From NCBI RefSeq assembly GCF_037042905.1, contig NC_087251.1:39124001-39188000 (forward strand): a DNA stretch of 64,000 nucleotides, given 5' to 3'. The notes under the pieces were generated by a model. It saw only the letters and a program-made list of their open reading frames with translations. It had not been told where the DNA came from and made no database searches. Within the stretch, counting starts at the first letter, position 1. Every line of letters begins with the position of its first letter. The position numbers were made by a program, and so were the translations under genes. Positions 55,901 to 64,000 of the stretch are shown piece after piece. Source of the stretch: Lytechinus pictus (lineage: Eukaryota).

Positions 55901-58900
55901 TAAAAACAGAAAAATCAAGGAATCAGATGAAAGAAAACTAGGGAAAAATCAGACAAATAATGAGGAAGTTACGAGCATTTGAATTTTGCGATCACTAATG
56001 TAATAGAGATCCTCCCATTGGCAATGCGACAAGATTAGTGATGTCACATGTGAACAAATATGGACTATGAAATACCCCCAAAATGTTTCTTTTTGCTGTT
56101 TCTTATGGTGATACAAACTCTTCACCCATAATGTAATTCTTTGAAAATCTAAATTACATGCCCTGTTATAGAAAGAATCATATAGATGTGATAAGAGGCA
56201 GATTAAGTGAAATATATACAGAAGTACTATAGGCACAGGTGATGCCACAAAGATATAATAATAACAATAATTTGCCATACACTTAAAGTTATGCTTAATT
56301 GTACAAGTGGTAATATATATTATATCAAAGGGCCCTTGTCGCTGTAACATAACATATACAGTCAACGGCTAGGATGCAATAAGGCTGCGATTAAGGGTTA
56401 ATGTTTTTACCATTGGATGATCTCTGCAATCTGTGCCTCCCAGTGAGCCACGGAATCTTTGTTTCTAGACATCTCTTCTAGTTTCTCTTCTGCTAGTCTC
56501 AGCTCTCGTTGTAACCTTTCTTTTTCAAGAAGGGTCTGTTATGAGGGAACAAGGCATGAAATCAAATAGTGAATATTACAAAAAGTTTTTGGAAGCACAT
56601 TATGTAACTATGGGTCTATGCATTTAAAACAAAAGACTTACATTTTGAATAAGTATTAGTTTTGAGGGCTGTTGTAATTTTCAATGAGAGTCAGTGAAAA
56701 AAAGTCTTTACTATCATGATATCAATAGTGGGGTATCCGTTCGATACGACACTCCTGGTACTCAAAACAAACGTAACAATCATTAAAGGGGTACTGAGAA
56801 AGGGGGCTGAGAATATTTATATCTAAATAAATGAAGTAAAATTAACAGAGCAAAAATGCTGAAAATTTCATCAAAATCTGATAACAAATAGCGAAGTTAT
56901 TGAATTTCAAAGTTTAACAATATATTGTGAAAACATTATATACAGGTCGTCATGAAAATTCATTAGGCGGGCTGATGATGTCACATCCCAACTCTCCCTT
57001 TTCTTATGTTACTACATGAAATCATAATTGTTTTATTTTCTCATGTCTCCCTTGTAATAAAATAAGTTGCAGCAATGAATATATAATGCACTAAATTGAT
57101 TGTCATTGCAATTTTTTTAGTTCTTGACGGAAATTTTTTCTTATAAAACTAATTTCATACAATAAAATACAAAAGAACAAGTGGGGATATGACATCATCA
57201 GTTTGCTCATCGAATATTCATGAAGACTTGCCTTGAACTGTTTCTCCGAAATAAAGCAAATCTTCAAAATGCCATAACTTAGTTATTCCTTATCCAATTT
57301 TGATCACATTTTCAGTGTTTTCTTTGTTTGAGTTTTCTTGATCTGTTAAAATCGTATTATTTTCAGCCTGGAGTACCCCTTTAAGTTTCAAAATACTAAA
57401 AAGGTAAACAAGGTATATAAGAGAGAATTCACTAAGAGGGAGGAACTGACAAAATTTGAACATGTATACAGTTAAACATTTGACTTTCTTTTCAATAATT
57501 TTCCCCCTTTTCAGATTGTTATTACAAATAACCTCAAAAACTGCAAGTCGGTCAAATGCACCCTAAAGCATTCGAAGCCAATACAATCAGAAGACCAAAC
57601 ACCAACCTTATCAAGCTCTTGGCTAAGTTTGGTCTTGTCATCGTTAATTAGAGCCTTGGTCCTCTCATAATTCCTCTTCATGTCGTCCATCTTCATCTTG
57701 GCATGCTGGTCCTCCGTGTTGGTGATCTGGAGACGTTCTAGTTTGTCCTGGAGGGTGGTGATCTCTCGTCGCATCGAAACAATCTTGTCCTCGTTCTCGT
57801 TTATCTGCTCCTTCAAGATCTGATACAAGAGATTAAAAGAAGAGAATTAGAATGCCCGAAATGCATTATGACAGGGGTGATATTCACTCTGAAAAAAAAT
57901 CTACATAAGCGAGGGAGCGAAGCGACCGAGGGGAGAGGGTGTGGGAGGGGGGTGTTCCCTCCTCCCACGGTAGGGACTTTTTGCATTTTGAGACTTTAAT
58001 TTGTGCAATTTTGTGCATACCTGGTAACTTCTTTCTGCTCCAACCAATGCCATCTCCAAAAATTCTTATTCATTCCACTTTCTTTCAATCTTTGTCTTTT
58101 GTTTTCACTTCTCCTTTTAATTTTTTATCGTCATCTCTTTCAAGTTTCAACAATAGTAGGGCTGATTACGATGCTAGAAAATGCCATCATAAACAGATTT
58201 AAGATTGGTTCTGCGCACATAAACTGAAGTAAACAAAGTTCTTCGAGAAAAAAATGCAAAATCAGTGTTGATTAGATCATGGGTGGGTCGTGATCTAGTG
58301 GTTCTGACTCTCGCCTTTGAAACAGAGGGTCGTGGGTTCGAATTGTAGCCATGGCTTATTTTCCTTCAGCAAGAAATTTATCCATACTGTGCTGCACTCG
58401 ACCCAGGTGAGGTGAATGGGTACCTGGTAGGAGTAATTCCTTGCATGCACCGAGCGCCGGTGATGGTAGCTCGAGCTAAAGCCAGGGTAATAATAGCAGC
58501 GCTTTGTATCCTCTGGCAAAAAGCGCTTTATAAATCCAGCTATTATTATTATCAATATTATCATTCACATGCTCGACTACAGTGCCCTGTCCTGTGGCAA
58601 TGCACCACACGTAGGATACGTGAATACTCGTCCAAGATTCGGGAAGGTTGAAGCTCATTCGTTGTAAACAAGAGAACCATTCATTTGCATGTCCATATCC
58701 ATGACCAGGATCACATTAAATAATGATAACTTGGCAAATTAGACAATGGTGATCCACAAAAACTTTGATGCCTGCAACAAATTCCCCTTGAAAAAATTTC
58801 ACAAGGTAGGCCTTACAATAGACTCGTATAACAATAGATTCGTATCGCGACCCGCGAACAAACAATCGCACACGCATGCCTGCACGATTATGCGTTATGG

Positions 58901-61900
58901 AGCCGGAAGCTCTGCGGTGCTGAAGTTGCTGACAATTAGAGCCACGCAGTGCAATATCTATGGTAGCGCTAACCATACCAAATCAGAAAAAAATCGGAAA
59001 AAGCTTGGATTTGCACAATTGGGTAAAAATCTTCAAGACCACAAAAAACAAGAGTGTTAAAATGTTTCATTTACTGAATAAAGCAAGATAGGGGCATAAT
59101 GATTAAACACTAAATCTGTTCAGCATGGGGTATGATTATCATATGTTTTCTTGTTTTGTTTGGTTTTTAACTTTTTAAAACAAAAATACAAAAAAATCAA
59201 TAGGCAACTGGTAATGAATCAAGAAAGAAAAATAACTATGTATATAAAGGAAGTACTGAATGACAGTTTACACACTAATAGTCAAAACAATACAAGCCAA
59301 GACCCCCGTCTTACAAAGAATTGAGATAGACCAAAATAAACCTCAATTGCGATTTATCAGAAATTTAAACTCTTACCTACACCAATTAAGATCAACTGCA
59401 ATTTTAGTTTGATTAGAATCCGTCGCAACTCTCTGTGATATGACGTCCAGGGCCCTTTCTTACACAGAGTTGTGATTGATTAGATCGACCATAACTATGG
59501 AAAGCCAGCACGCCAACGTTTAAAATGCATCTTCGTTCAAAATGGTTTCGACACATGATGTATACTCATACATTCATCGTTGCCTTGAAAATTCAATGTG
59601 TTCCTCTTTATTCCCAGAGACATTGTGCAAATTTCCAATAGGAAAAATTTGTGACAATGATGGATTTCCATATAGTTGAGAATGATTTGATTAATCACAA
59701 CTCTTCTGTACAACGGGACCCAGGTGTACCACCATAACTCATCCCTACGGTCCTACCTTTTCTTCCATGGTATGCCTTGACTTCTCCTTGGCCACACCCT
59801 CTGCAAACTGGACTTCTTTCTTCTCCATCTCCTGCTTGAGACGTGCAACCTCCTTCTCATACTTGTCTGTATCAGGCTTGGCTCGACCTACTGAGTTTAC
59901 CTACAGTATGAGCAAAAACAACAACGTGTGTGGATATTGATTCGCCTTTTTGAAACACTGATATTAGTCCTCACTCATAATACTAAATGTTGTCCTCACT
60001 CCAAAGCACAGTTTTCAACAAATATTCACTCCAAAAAAAAATGAAGGGTTTCAATGACAACATATCAAACAAACTTTAACATACTGGTTGATAATTCAAT
60101 GAAAGAAAAAAAAATCAAATTTCCGTATGACAAAGTCGCATGATGTACCATCAATGACATTGTGATCTAAATTCGATTCAATTCAAGTATTTATTTCCAA
60201 ATTCATTAAAAAGAACACAATGAGAATAAAATTATATATACACAATGAAAATATTAATAACCAAAAAAACAAAGGTATCAACAGAACATAACCGGAACAA
60301 ATACTTGTAATAATAAAATAATAATTGGCATATAATTATAACAATATAGATGAACAAAATAATGAATGGAAATGGGGCATGCACAAAAAAGCCATAAAAG
60401 GGCTTGTTAAAACGTGCATACCCAAGATATACTATCCATTAAAATAAATTTCAGTGTATGGTATGGAAGCGGCAAGCACCAAAGAATAAACAGAGATAAG
60501 AATCATTTAAAAAAATCAAAAAAATGATTTCACTTCTTTAAAAGTTGATCATATCTTACCTTGAGGCCTTCTAGCTCTTCTTTAAGTTGCTTGATATTCT
60601 GTTCACTCTGCTGTCTTAGTTTCTTCTCTCTTGCAATCTCCACCTGGAGATCTTCTTGTTGAGCTTCAAGCTACAAAGAAAATGAATACCAATCATGCAA
60701 ACTGAAAAGAAGTCCCAAATGAAATCATATTGATAACTTATAATAAATTATACTAGAAAGAATACTTTGCTAGTGCTAAATTCTTAATCCTGGGTTCCAT
60801 TTTTTAAATCATTGTAACTCTGCAGTAATGGCAACTACTAGGAGGCGCGATAGCTCAGTCAGTAAAGAGGGGGTTAGGGATTCTGGTGACCCGGGTTGGA
60901 TTCCCACTTGGTGCACTAGTGCCCTTTGGTAAGGCATTAATCCTCATTACCAGGTAACTCGGAGAAGACCTTAAAGGAATGCTTCGGGCTGAAGACATTG
61001 GATTAAAAAAGTTATTGAATTTTAAAGATTTGCATTATTCAGTGAAAGAGTTCAAGCTATGTCTTCATGAATATTCATTAGGTGGGCTGATGATGTCGTA
61101 TCCCCACTTAATATTTTGTATTTTATTATATGAAATGAGGTTTATTCAAAATTTCACTGCCAAGAACTAAAACAATTGGAATGACAACTGATTGAGTGCA
61201 TTAGTTTTATTCCTTGCTGCAACTTATTTCATAATAATGGAGACACGTCATTTACACATTTATGAAAAATGAAACAATTATATCATGTAATAACATAAGA
61301 AAAAGGAAAGTGGGGATGTGATATCATCAGCCCACCTAATGAGTATTCATGAAGACATGCCTAGAACTGTTTCACCAGAATAATGCAAATCTTAAAAATT
61401 CAATAACTTCTTCATTTGTTATCCGATTTTGAGGAAATTTTCAGCACTTTGCTCTGTGAATTTTACTCTATATATTTAGATACAAATATTCTTTGCCCGG
61501 AACATCCCTTTAAGATGCTTACAAGCATTCATGCTTTCTTAGCAATCAGGTAAATAATAATAATCACCACTATGAAAACAAGTCTCAGCAATCAATCATT
61601 ACCATGGTTTCTATGAAAGTTATAATAATAATAAAGTTACAATAGTTGCAACTCTTCATGAAGGAGGCCCCTGATCTACCATCTCTTGAGAAAAAGACAT
61701 CTCTGATATCCATACGTGTATACAAATTGTTCTTCTTGAATTAAAAATTAAATGCAAGAGGTATTAGAGGCTTGTTATGAATAAGTCTGTAATCTCTTTC
61801 ACCTGGGTACCTGGAACAGCGGTAGACACCCACACAAAACTGTTGCAGTATCATTTATAATTCACAACTCCCATTGGTGTGTATTTACCTCTTTACTGGC

Positions 61901-63781
61901 CTGTTCATGTTTCCTGATATCGGCTCTCTGTGAGTCTACTTTCTGTGAGAAGACCTCTATTTCCTCCTCTTTATCTCGTAGATCTCTTGAGAGCTTCTGT
62001 TTCTGTGACATGATGTCTGCATACCTGCAAGGGAAAAGGAAATAAAGTGTGAAAAAATAATGAAAAGCTGAAAATAGAACTGCAAAGCAACATGGTTAGC
62101 CAAAAAATTGATCAATATTCAAAAGTCTTGTGCAGATCATCAATCATCAACATTTTTCATCTAAACAGCTGTTAGATCCAACAGCTTTCCTTGATTTTAT
62201 TTGGCATCTACGTAAGAAGATCACCCTTAAAGGACAAGTCCATTCCAACAAAAAATTGAGTTGAATAATAAGAGAAAAATCCAACAAGAATAACACTGAA
62301 AATTTCATCATAATAGGATGTAAAATAAGAGAGTTATGATATTTTTAAGTTTTGCCTAATTTCACAGAACAGTTATATTCACATCCTGGTCAGCATGCAA
62401 ACGAGGGGACTGATGACATCACTCACTCACTATTTCTTTTGTATTTTATTACATGAAATATGAAAGATTTAAAATTTCTCACCATTGTCCTGTGAAACAA
62501 AGTTTTATTCCTCCCTGAACATGTGATATTACTGTGATACTACCATTGTTTAACCCTAAAAAGACTGGGGGGGGGGGCTGATTCAGCCCCCCCCCCTCGA
62601 CATTTTTCGCGATAAATCTGTAATGCGAAAAGCTGGCGCCGCGCCGTTCCATTACTTTTTTCTTTCAAGTCTTGCGCAACTTTTGAGACCAAATTTGCGA
62701 CCCCCGGGTACGTGGTTCCGAAATTACGCAACATTTCGTAAGTACATGTCGACCCAAAATTGCTAAAAAACGTGAATTTGTGTACAAATCGAATGCAAAT
62801 TGTGTTTTCAGCCAAAATTCATAAATGTATCATTATTTTCAATTTTACTAATCAAACTAAATTAATTTCATCTAGTTTATGGTCAGAATAAAGTCACGGA
62901 TGATTTTCATTGCAAAAACAATAAAAAACAAAAAGTAAAAAAACACAGAAATACATAAGAAATTTTTAAAACAATAAAATACATAAGAAAAAAATTGTGA
63001 TGTTGAATTTTTTTTCATGTACATTTGATTAGAATCCTACAAAGAGTCTATGAATAAAAAAAATAGCAGTTTAGAGGCCTTATTTAGTTAATTAGAGCAA
63101 ATCTTTGATTTTACGCATAAATTAATGAATTTTGAAATTTTCCATAAAATCAAACTTTTGGAACGGCTAACCCCCAATTTTTCATCCAATCATATTTCAG
63201 TTCCGTACTTATCACGCCAAGACGATTTGAGAGCATTACAACCTTTCATATGAACAACAGGGAGAAGTCACTTTAGAAAGGCTCTGCATATAGAAGATCA
63301 GACTTACTGGAATCGCCCCCCTACAGTGGTGCTAAAAAGTGAGTGAACCACATCAGAAAATGGACTCCTTCAAACCGAGTGATGAACATAAACAGCAACA
63401 CTACAATGTCCGGCGAGCCCAGAGAAACAAACTCTATTGAATGTAATATTCTATCACCTGACTTCACAATTAAATATCTAAAAGATGGCAGAATTTGTAC
63501 ACTTTTAAATATGTTCATTTTCTGGCGCGGTTCACTGACTTTTAGCACCACTGTAAAACCCGTTGATCGTTCCTTTTTTATTATTCAAATTTCAATCAAG
63601 TAGTGAACATGATACTTAGATGTCAATCATTATTGTTTACCTTTCATTAATTTCTGTGAATTCCTGCATGGCAAGCTTTCCTTGTGATTTGGCTTCTTTC
63701 AATTCTTTATTTATTTGGCGATTTCTCTCATGAAATTCATCTAATTCTCTCTCCAGATTCTCCTTTTCCTGCTTTAATAAT
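28900..63781 (-). CDS. CDC42BPA: MRCK / CDC42-binding protein kinase (gek ortholog), 3' 26 exons (~1156 aa); kinase domain outside window
   Basis: Manually spliced GT-AG exons join in one frame (3472 nt = 1 + 1157 codons including stop). Diagnostic motifs: [47 protein letters not shown]1 domain, [23 protein letters not shown] ([17 protein letters not shown]). Invertebrates usually have one MRCK, so the symbol indicates family, not paralog. Confidence 0.96.
30186..30441 (-). CDS. CDC42BPA: MRCK penultimate exon ([12 protein letters not shown]...SPRHSLGEE)
   Basis: atatttcag / gtaatt; 256 nt; GC-rich; SPRHS motif. Confidence 0.9.
30640..30850. repeat. Polypurine (GAG/GAA/GTA) low-complexity tract
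   Basis: Directly visible; intronic, between the CRIB exon and the penultimate exon. Confidence 0.85.
30885..30972 (-). CDS. CDC42BPA: MRCK exon, CRIB/PBD ([29 protein letters not shown])
   Basis: tttacacag / gtaagt; 88 nt; CRIB consensus ISxPxNFxHxxHMG. Confidence 0.96.
32819..35155. mobile_element. Non-autonomous hAT-type element with GGCCTT subterminal arrays
   Basis: 12-bp TIR CAGTGTTGTAGT/ACTACAACACTG; 8-bp TSD GTTAAAAA (32811-32818, 35156-35163); (GGCCTT)n at both ends; no transposase ORF. Confidence 0.88.
33735..33900 (-). mobile_element. SINE fragment nested in the hAT element
   Basis: Minus strand: ggtcgggggttcaaaccccggccgcgtcagaccaaaagacgtttaaa. Confidence 0.55.
37293..37886. mobile_element. 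TTAA-flanked palindromic MITE (Kolobok-type)
   Basis: ttaa|aggagaatgaaac ... gtttcattctcct|ttaa; long imperfect inverted arms; partial relative at ~55870-56050. Confidence 0.8.
38066..38162 (-). CDS. CDC42BPA: MRCK exon (HEKLNIP...[13 protein letters not shown])
   Basis: ggtttacag / gtaagt; 97 nt; RRxFSF motif. Confidence 0.9.
38999..39098 (-). CDS. CDC42BPA: MRCK exon ([13 protein letters not shown]...[13 protein letters not shown])
   Basis: tttcaccag / gtaatt; 100 nt. Confidence 0.92.
39265..41480 (-). mobile_element. Decayed, 5'-truncated non-LTR retrotransposon (CR1/L2/Crack group) RT remnant
   Basis: Minus-strand GFPQGSI*GPLLFLL...FVLFAEDTN (degenerate GVPQGS/FADD) near 40365-40465. 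[12 protein letters not shown]...LQKRAI...[12 protein letters not shown] at 39820-40005. Multiple stops and frameshifts; A-rich tail near 39270. Confidence 0.88.
41778..42008. repeat. (GAT)n imperfect microsatellite
   Basis: Directly visible; 26 nt downstream of the 42035 exon donor. Confidence 0.95.
42035..42132 (-). CDS. CDC42BPA: MRCK exon, CNH ([11 protein letters not shown]...[11 protein letters not shown])
   Basis: atttttag / gtaagt; 98 nt. Confidence 0.94.
42507..42587 (-). CDS. CDC42BPA: MRCK exon, CNH ([23 protein letters not shown])
   Basis: atccatag / gtaagt; 81 nt. Confidence 0.95.
42830..43139. mobile_element. MITE
   Basis: TIR ggcctgtattctgaagtcaggtttaa / ttaaaccagacttcagaatacgggcc. 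Confidence 0.75.
43162..43269 (-). CDS. CDC42BPA: MRCK exon, CNH ([12 protein letters not shown]...EYLLCFS)
   Basis: ttcttcag / gtgagt; 108 nt. Confidence 0.94.
43853..44176 (-). CDS. CDC42BPA: MRCK exon, CNH ([10 protein letters not shown]...[12 protein letters not shown]...GFGLFSI)
   Basis: aactcacag / gtgagt; 324 nt. Confidence 0.95.
44533..44673 (-). CDS. CDC42BPA: MRCK exon, CNH ([14 protein letters not shown]...EQLVIVIS)
   Basis: atcctgcag / gtacgt; 141 nt. Confidence 0.94.
45361..45577 (-). CDS. CDC42BPA: MRCK exon, PH end / CNH start ([17 protein letters not shown]...CADIV)
   Basis: cccacccccag / gtaagt; 217 nt. Confidence 0.94.
46022..46103 (-). CDS. CDC42BPA: MRCK exon, PH ([27 protein letters not shown])
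   Basis: atttcag / gtaagt; 82 nt. Confidence 0.96.
46349..46553 (-). CDS. CDC42BPA: MRCK exon, PH domain start ([28 protein letters not shown]...ILDMR)
   Basis: ttgcag / gtgagc; 205 nt. Confidence 0.96.
47067..47138 (-). CDS. CDC42BPA: MRCK exon, C1 domain C-half ([19 protein letters not shown])
   Basis: ttgaacag / gtaagt; 72 nt; completes the C1 zinc ligands. Confidence 0.94.
47545..47675 (-). mobile_element. tRNA-derived SINE 5' fragment
   Basis: Minus strand: cagtggtagag...gggttcgatccctggccaggtcatacca. Confidence 0.7.
47726..47885 (-). CDS. CDC42BPA: MRCK exon, C1 domain N-half ([32 protein letters not shown])
   Basis: ttttccag / gtatgt; 160 nt. Confidence 0.95.
49091..49156 (-). CDS. 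CDC42BPA: MRCK linker exon [22 protein letters not shown] (symmetric, possibly a cassette)
   Basis: ttcacacag / gtaggt; 66 nt, phase 0-0. Confidence 0.7.
49270..49935. mobile_element. TIR element containing ~4 tandem ~125-140-bp units
   Basis: Ends ggggcactgcaagaaac / ttttcttgcaacaccccc; unit core tgctatggtt...caattgtaaattagcaatcaatcat...caattgcaaacttga repeats at 49360-49890. Confidence 0.65.
50852..52117 (-). mobile_element. Internally deleted DIRS1-like tyrosine-recombinase retrotransposon (ITRs + ICR + YR remnant)
   Basis: Inverted repeats ~50897-51034 / ~51956-52096. An internal segment 51093-51191 is complementary to both outer termini joined. Minus-strand peptides WCIDRSIEP...[29 protein letters not shown] and [18 protein letters not shown] resemble the N- and C-terminal parts of DIRS YR. 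Confidence 0.85.
53830..53909 (-). CDS. CDC42BPA: MRCK exon [27 protein letters not shown]
   Basis: tgtgtttag / gtaagt; 80 nt; restores phase 0. Confidence 0.85.
54675..54781 (-). CDS. CDC42BPA: MRCK exon [19 protein letters not shown]...QESKQ
   Basis: ctcttgcag / gtgagt; 107 nt. Confidence 0.9.
55113..55261 (-). CDS. CDC42BPA: MRCK exon [31 protein letters not shown]... (DMPK coil)
   Basis: atttgcag / gtgggt; 149 nt. Confidence 0.92.
55695..55800 (-). CDS. CDC42BPA: MRCK exon [26 protein letters not shown]...AAR
   Basis: cattacag / gtgagt; 106 nt. Confidence 0.95.
56411..56535 (-). CDS. CDC42BPA: MRCK exon [11 protein letters not shown]...[15 protein letters not shown]
   Basis: cataacag / gtaaaa; 125 nt; conserved MRCK motif. 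Confidence 0.94.
56787..57380. mobile_element. TTAA-flanked MITE (Kolobok-type, AGGGGTACT termini)
   Basis: ttaa|aggggtact ... agtacccct|ttaa; relatives at ~195-650, 53941-54600, 60975-61509 and 62232-62540. Confidence 0.8.
57607..57819 (-). CDS. CDC42BPA: MRCK exon [12 protein letters not shown]...KLSQELDK
   Basis: ttgtatcag / gttggt; 213 nt; lies within ORF 57511..57828. Confidence 0.9.
58285..58552 (+). mobile_element. tRNA-derived SINE (same family as 21613)
   Basis: gaaacagagggtcgtgggttcgaat...ccttcagcaagaaatttatcc...acccaggtga; (TAT)n tail. Confidence 0.85.
59757..59900 (-). CDS. CDC42BPA: MRCK exon [24 protein letters not shown]...HTMEEK
   Basis: actgtag / gtagga; 144 nt. Confidence 0.88.
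60560..60670 (-). CDS. CDC42BPA: MRCK exon [23 protein letters not shown]...LEGLK
   Basis: tctttgtag / gtaaga; 111 nt. Confidence 0.92.
60841..61565 (+). mobile_element. tRNA-derived SINE (second family), split by a TTAA MITE
   Basis: tagctcagtcagt A box, ggttggattcc B box-like; body matches minus-strand fragment 45190-45330; tail resumes after 61513. Confidence 0.65.
60975..61509. mobile_element. TTAA-flanked MITE (same family), inserted into a SINE
   Basis: ttaa|aggaatgcttcgggc ... gcccggaacatccct|ttaa; internal sequence matches 56787-57380. Confidence 0.75.
61889..62024 (-). CDS. CDC42BPA: MRCK exon [21 protein letters not shown]...HEQASKE
   Basis: cccttgcag / gtaaat; 136 nt, phase compatible. 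Confidence 0.93.
62554..63180. mobile_element. piggyBac-like non-autonomous element end (TTAA|CCCT...) interrupting a Kolobok-type MITE
   Basis: ttaa|ccctaaaaagactggggg at 62550, where the upstream MITE (62232-62540) stops; matching far end not found. Confidence 0.5.
63324..63553. mobile_element. Tc1/mariner-type MITE
   Basis: ta|cagtggtgctaaaaagtgagtgaacc ... ggttcactgacttttagcaccactg|ta; TA TSD. Confidence 0.82.
63641..63781 (-). CDS. CDC42BPA: MRCK exon (coiled coil) [16 protein letters not shown]...[13 protein letters not shown]
   Basis: tttcacag acceptor, gtaaac donor; 141 nt; MRCK motif. Confidence 0.93.
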
Positions 63782-64000
63782 CTGTGAAAGAAATAATGCA
63801 TAATTTGAGCACATTTTCAGAGGTGAAATATATCAGTTTTAAGGAAATCAAAGTAATATAAATGAATACAACAGGTACTGGTAAGGTTACATTAACTCAG
63901 TATCAGTTTAAGGGTCAAAATTTCTATCTATGTTTAATACATTTACCATATTTCAGCTAATGAAATCTCAAACATGAATAATATTAGTTGTCTATGATGG

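Overview
AT-rich, intron- and repeat-rich animal genomic DNA. The repeat families and gene style look like an echinoderm or sea urchin (inference). No bacterial, phage or CRISPR features were seen. The main feature is the 3' part of an MRCK (CDC42BP / genghis khan) kinase gene on the minus strand. I assembled 26 GT-AG exons by hand between 63781 and 28900 into one open frame of about 1156 aa: coiled coil, C1, PH, CNH and CRIB. The kinase domain lies beyond the right edge. At the left edge is the last coding exon (+) of a convergent gene with a Pro-rich/acidic C-terminus resembling DRAP1 (NC2-alpha). The rest is mostly non-autonomous transposons: hAT-, Kolobok-, Tc1- and piggyBac-type MITEs, a Helentron-type element, tRNA-derived SINEs and a decayed CR1/L2-group LINE. 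The most notable observations are: (1) a 1.27-kb internally deleted DIRS-type tyrosine-recombinase retroelement that keeps its inverted terminal repeats and circle-junction ICR; (2) several frame-preserving candidate microexons (6, 21, 24, 39 nt) in MRCK introns; (3) a tiny Penelope-like insertion with a hammerhead-like motif; (4) a duplicated, hairpin-rich element just after the MRCK stop; (5) an unexplained 340-bp inverted duplication bracketing decayed coding-like DNA. I found no clear evidence of a wholly new biological system.
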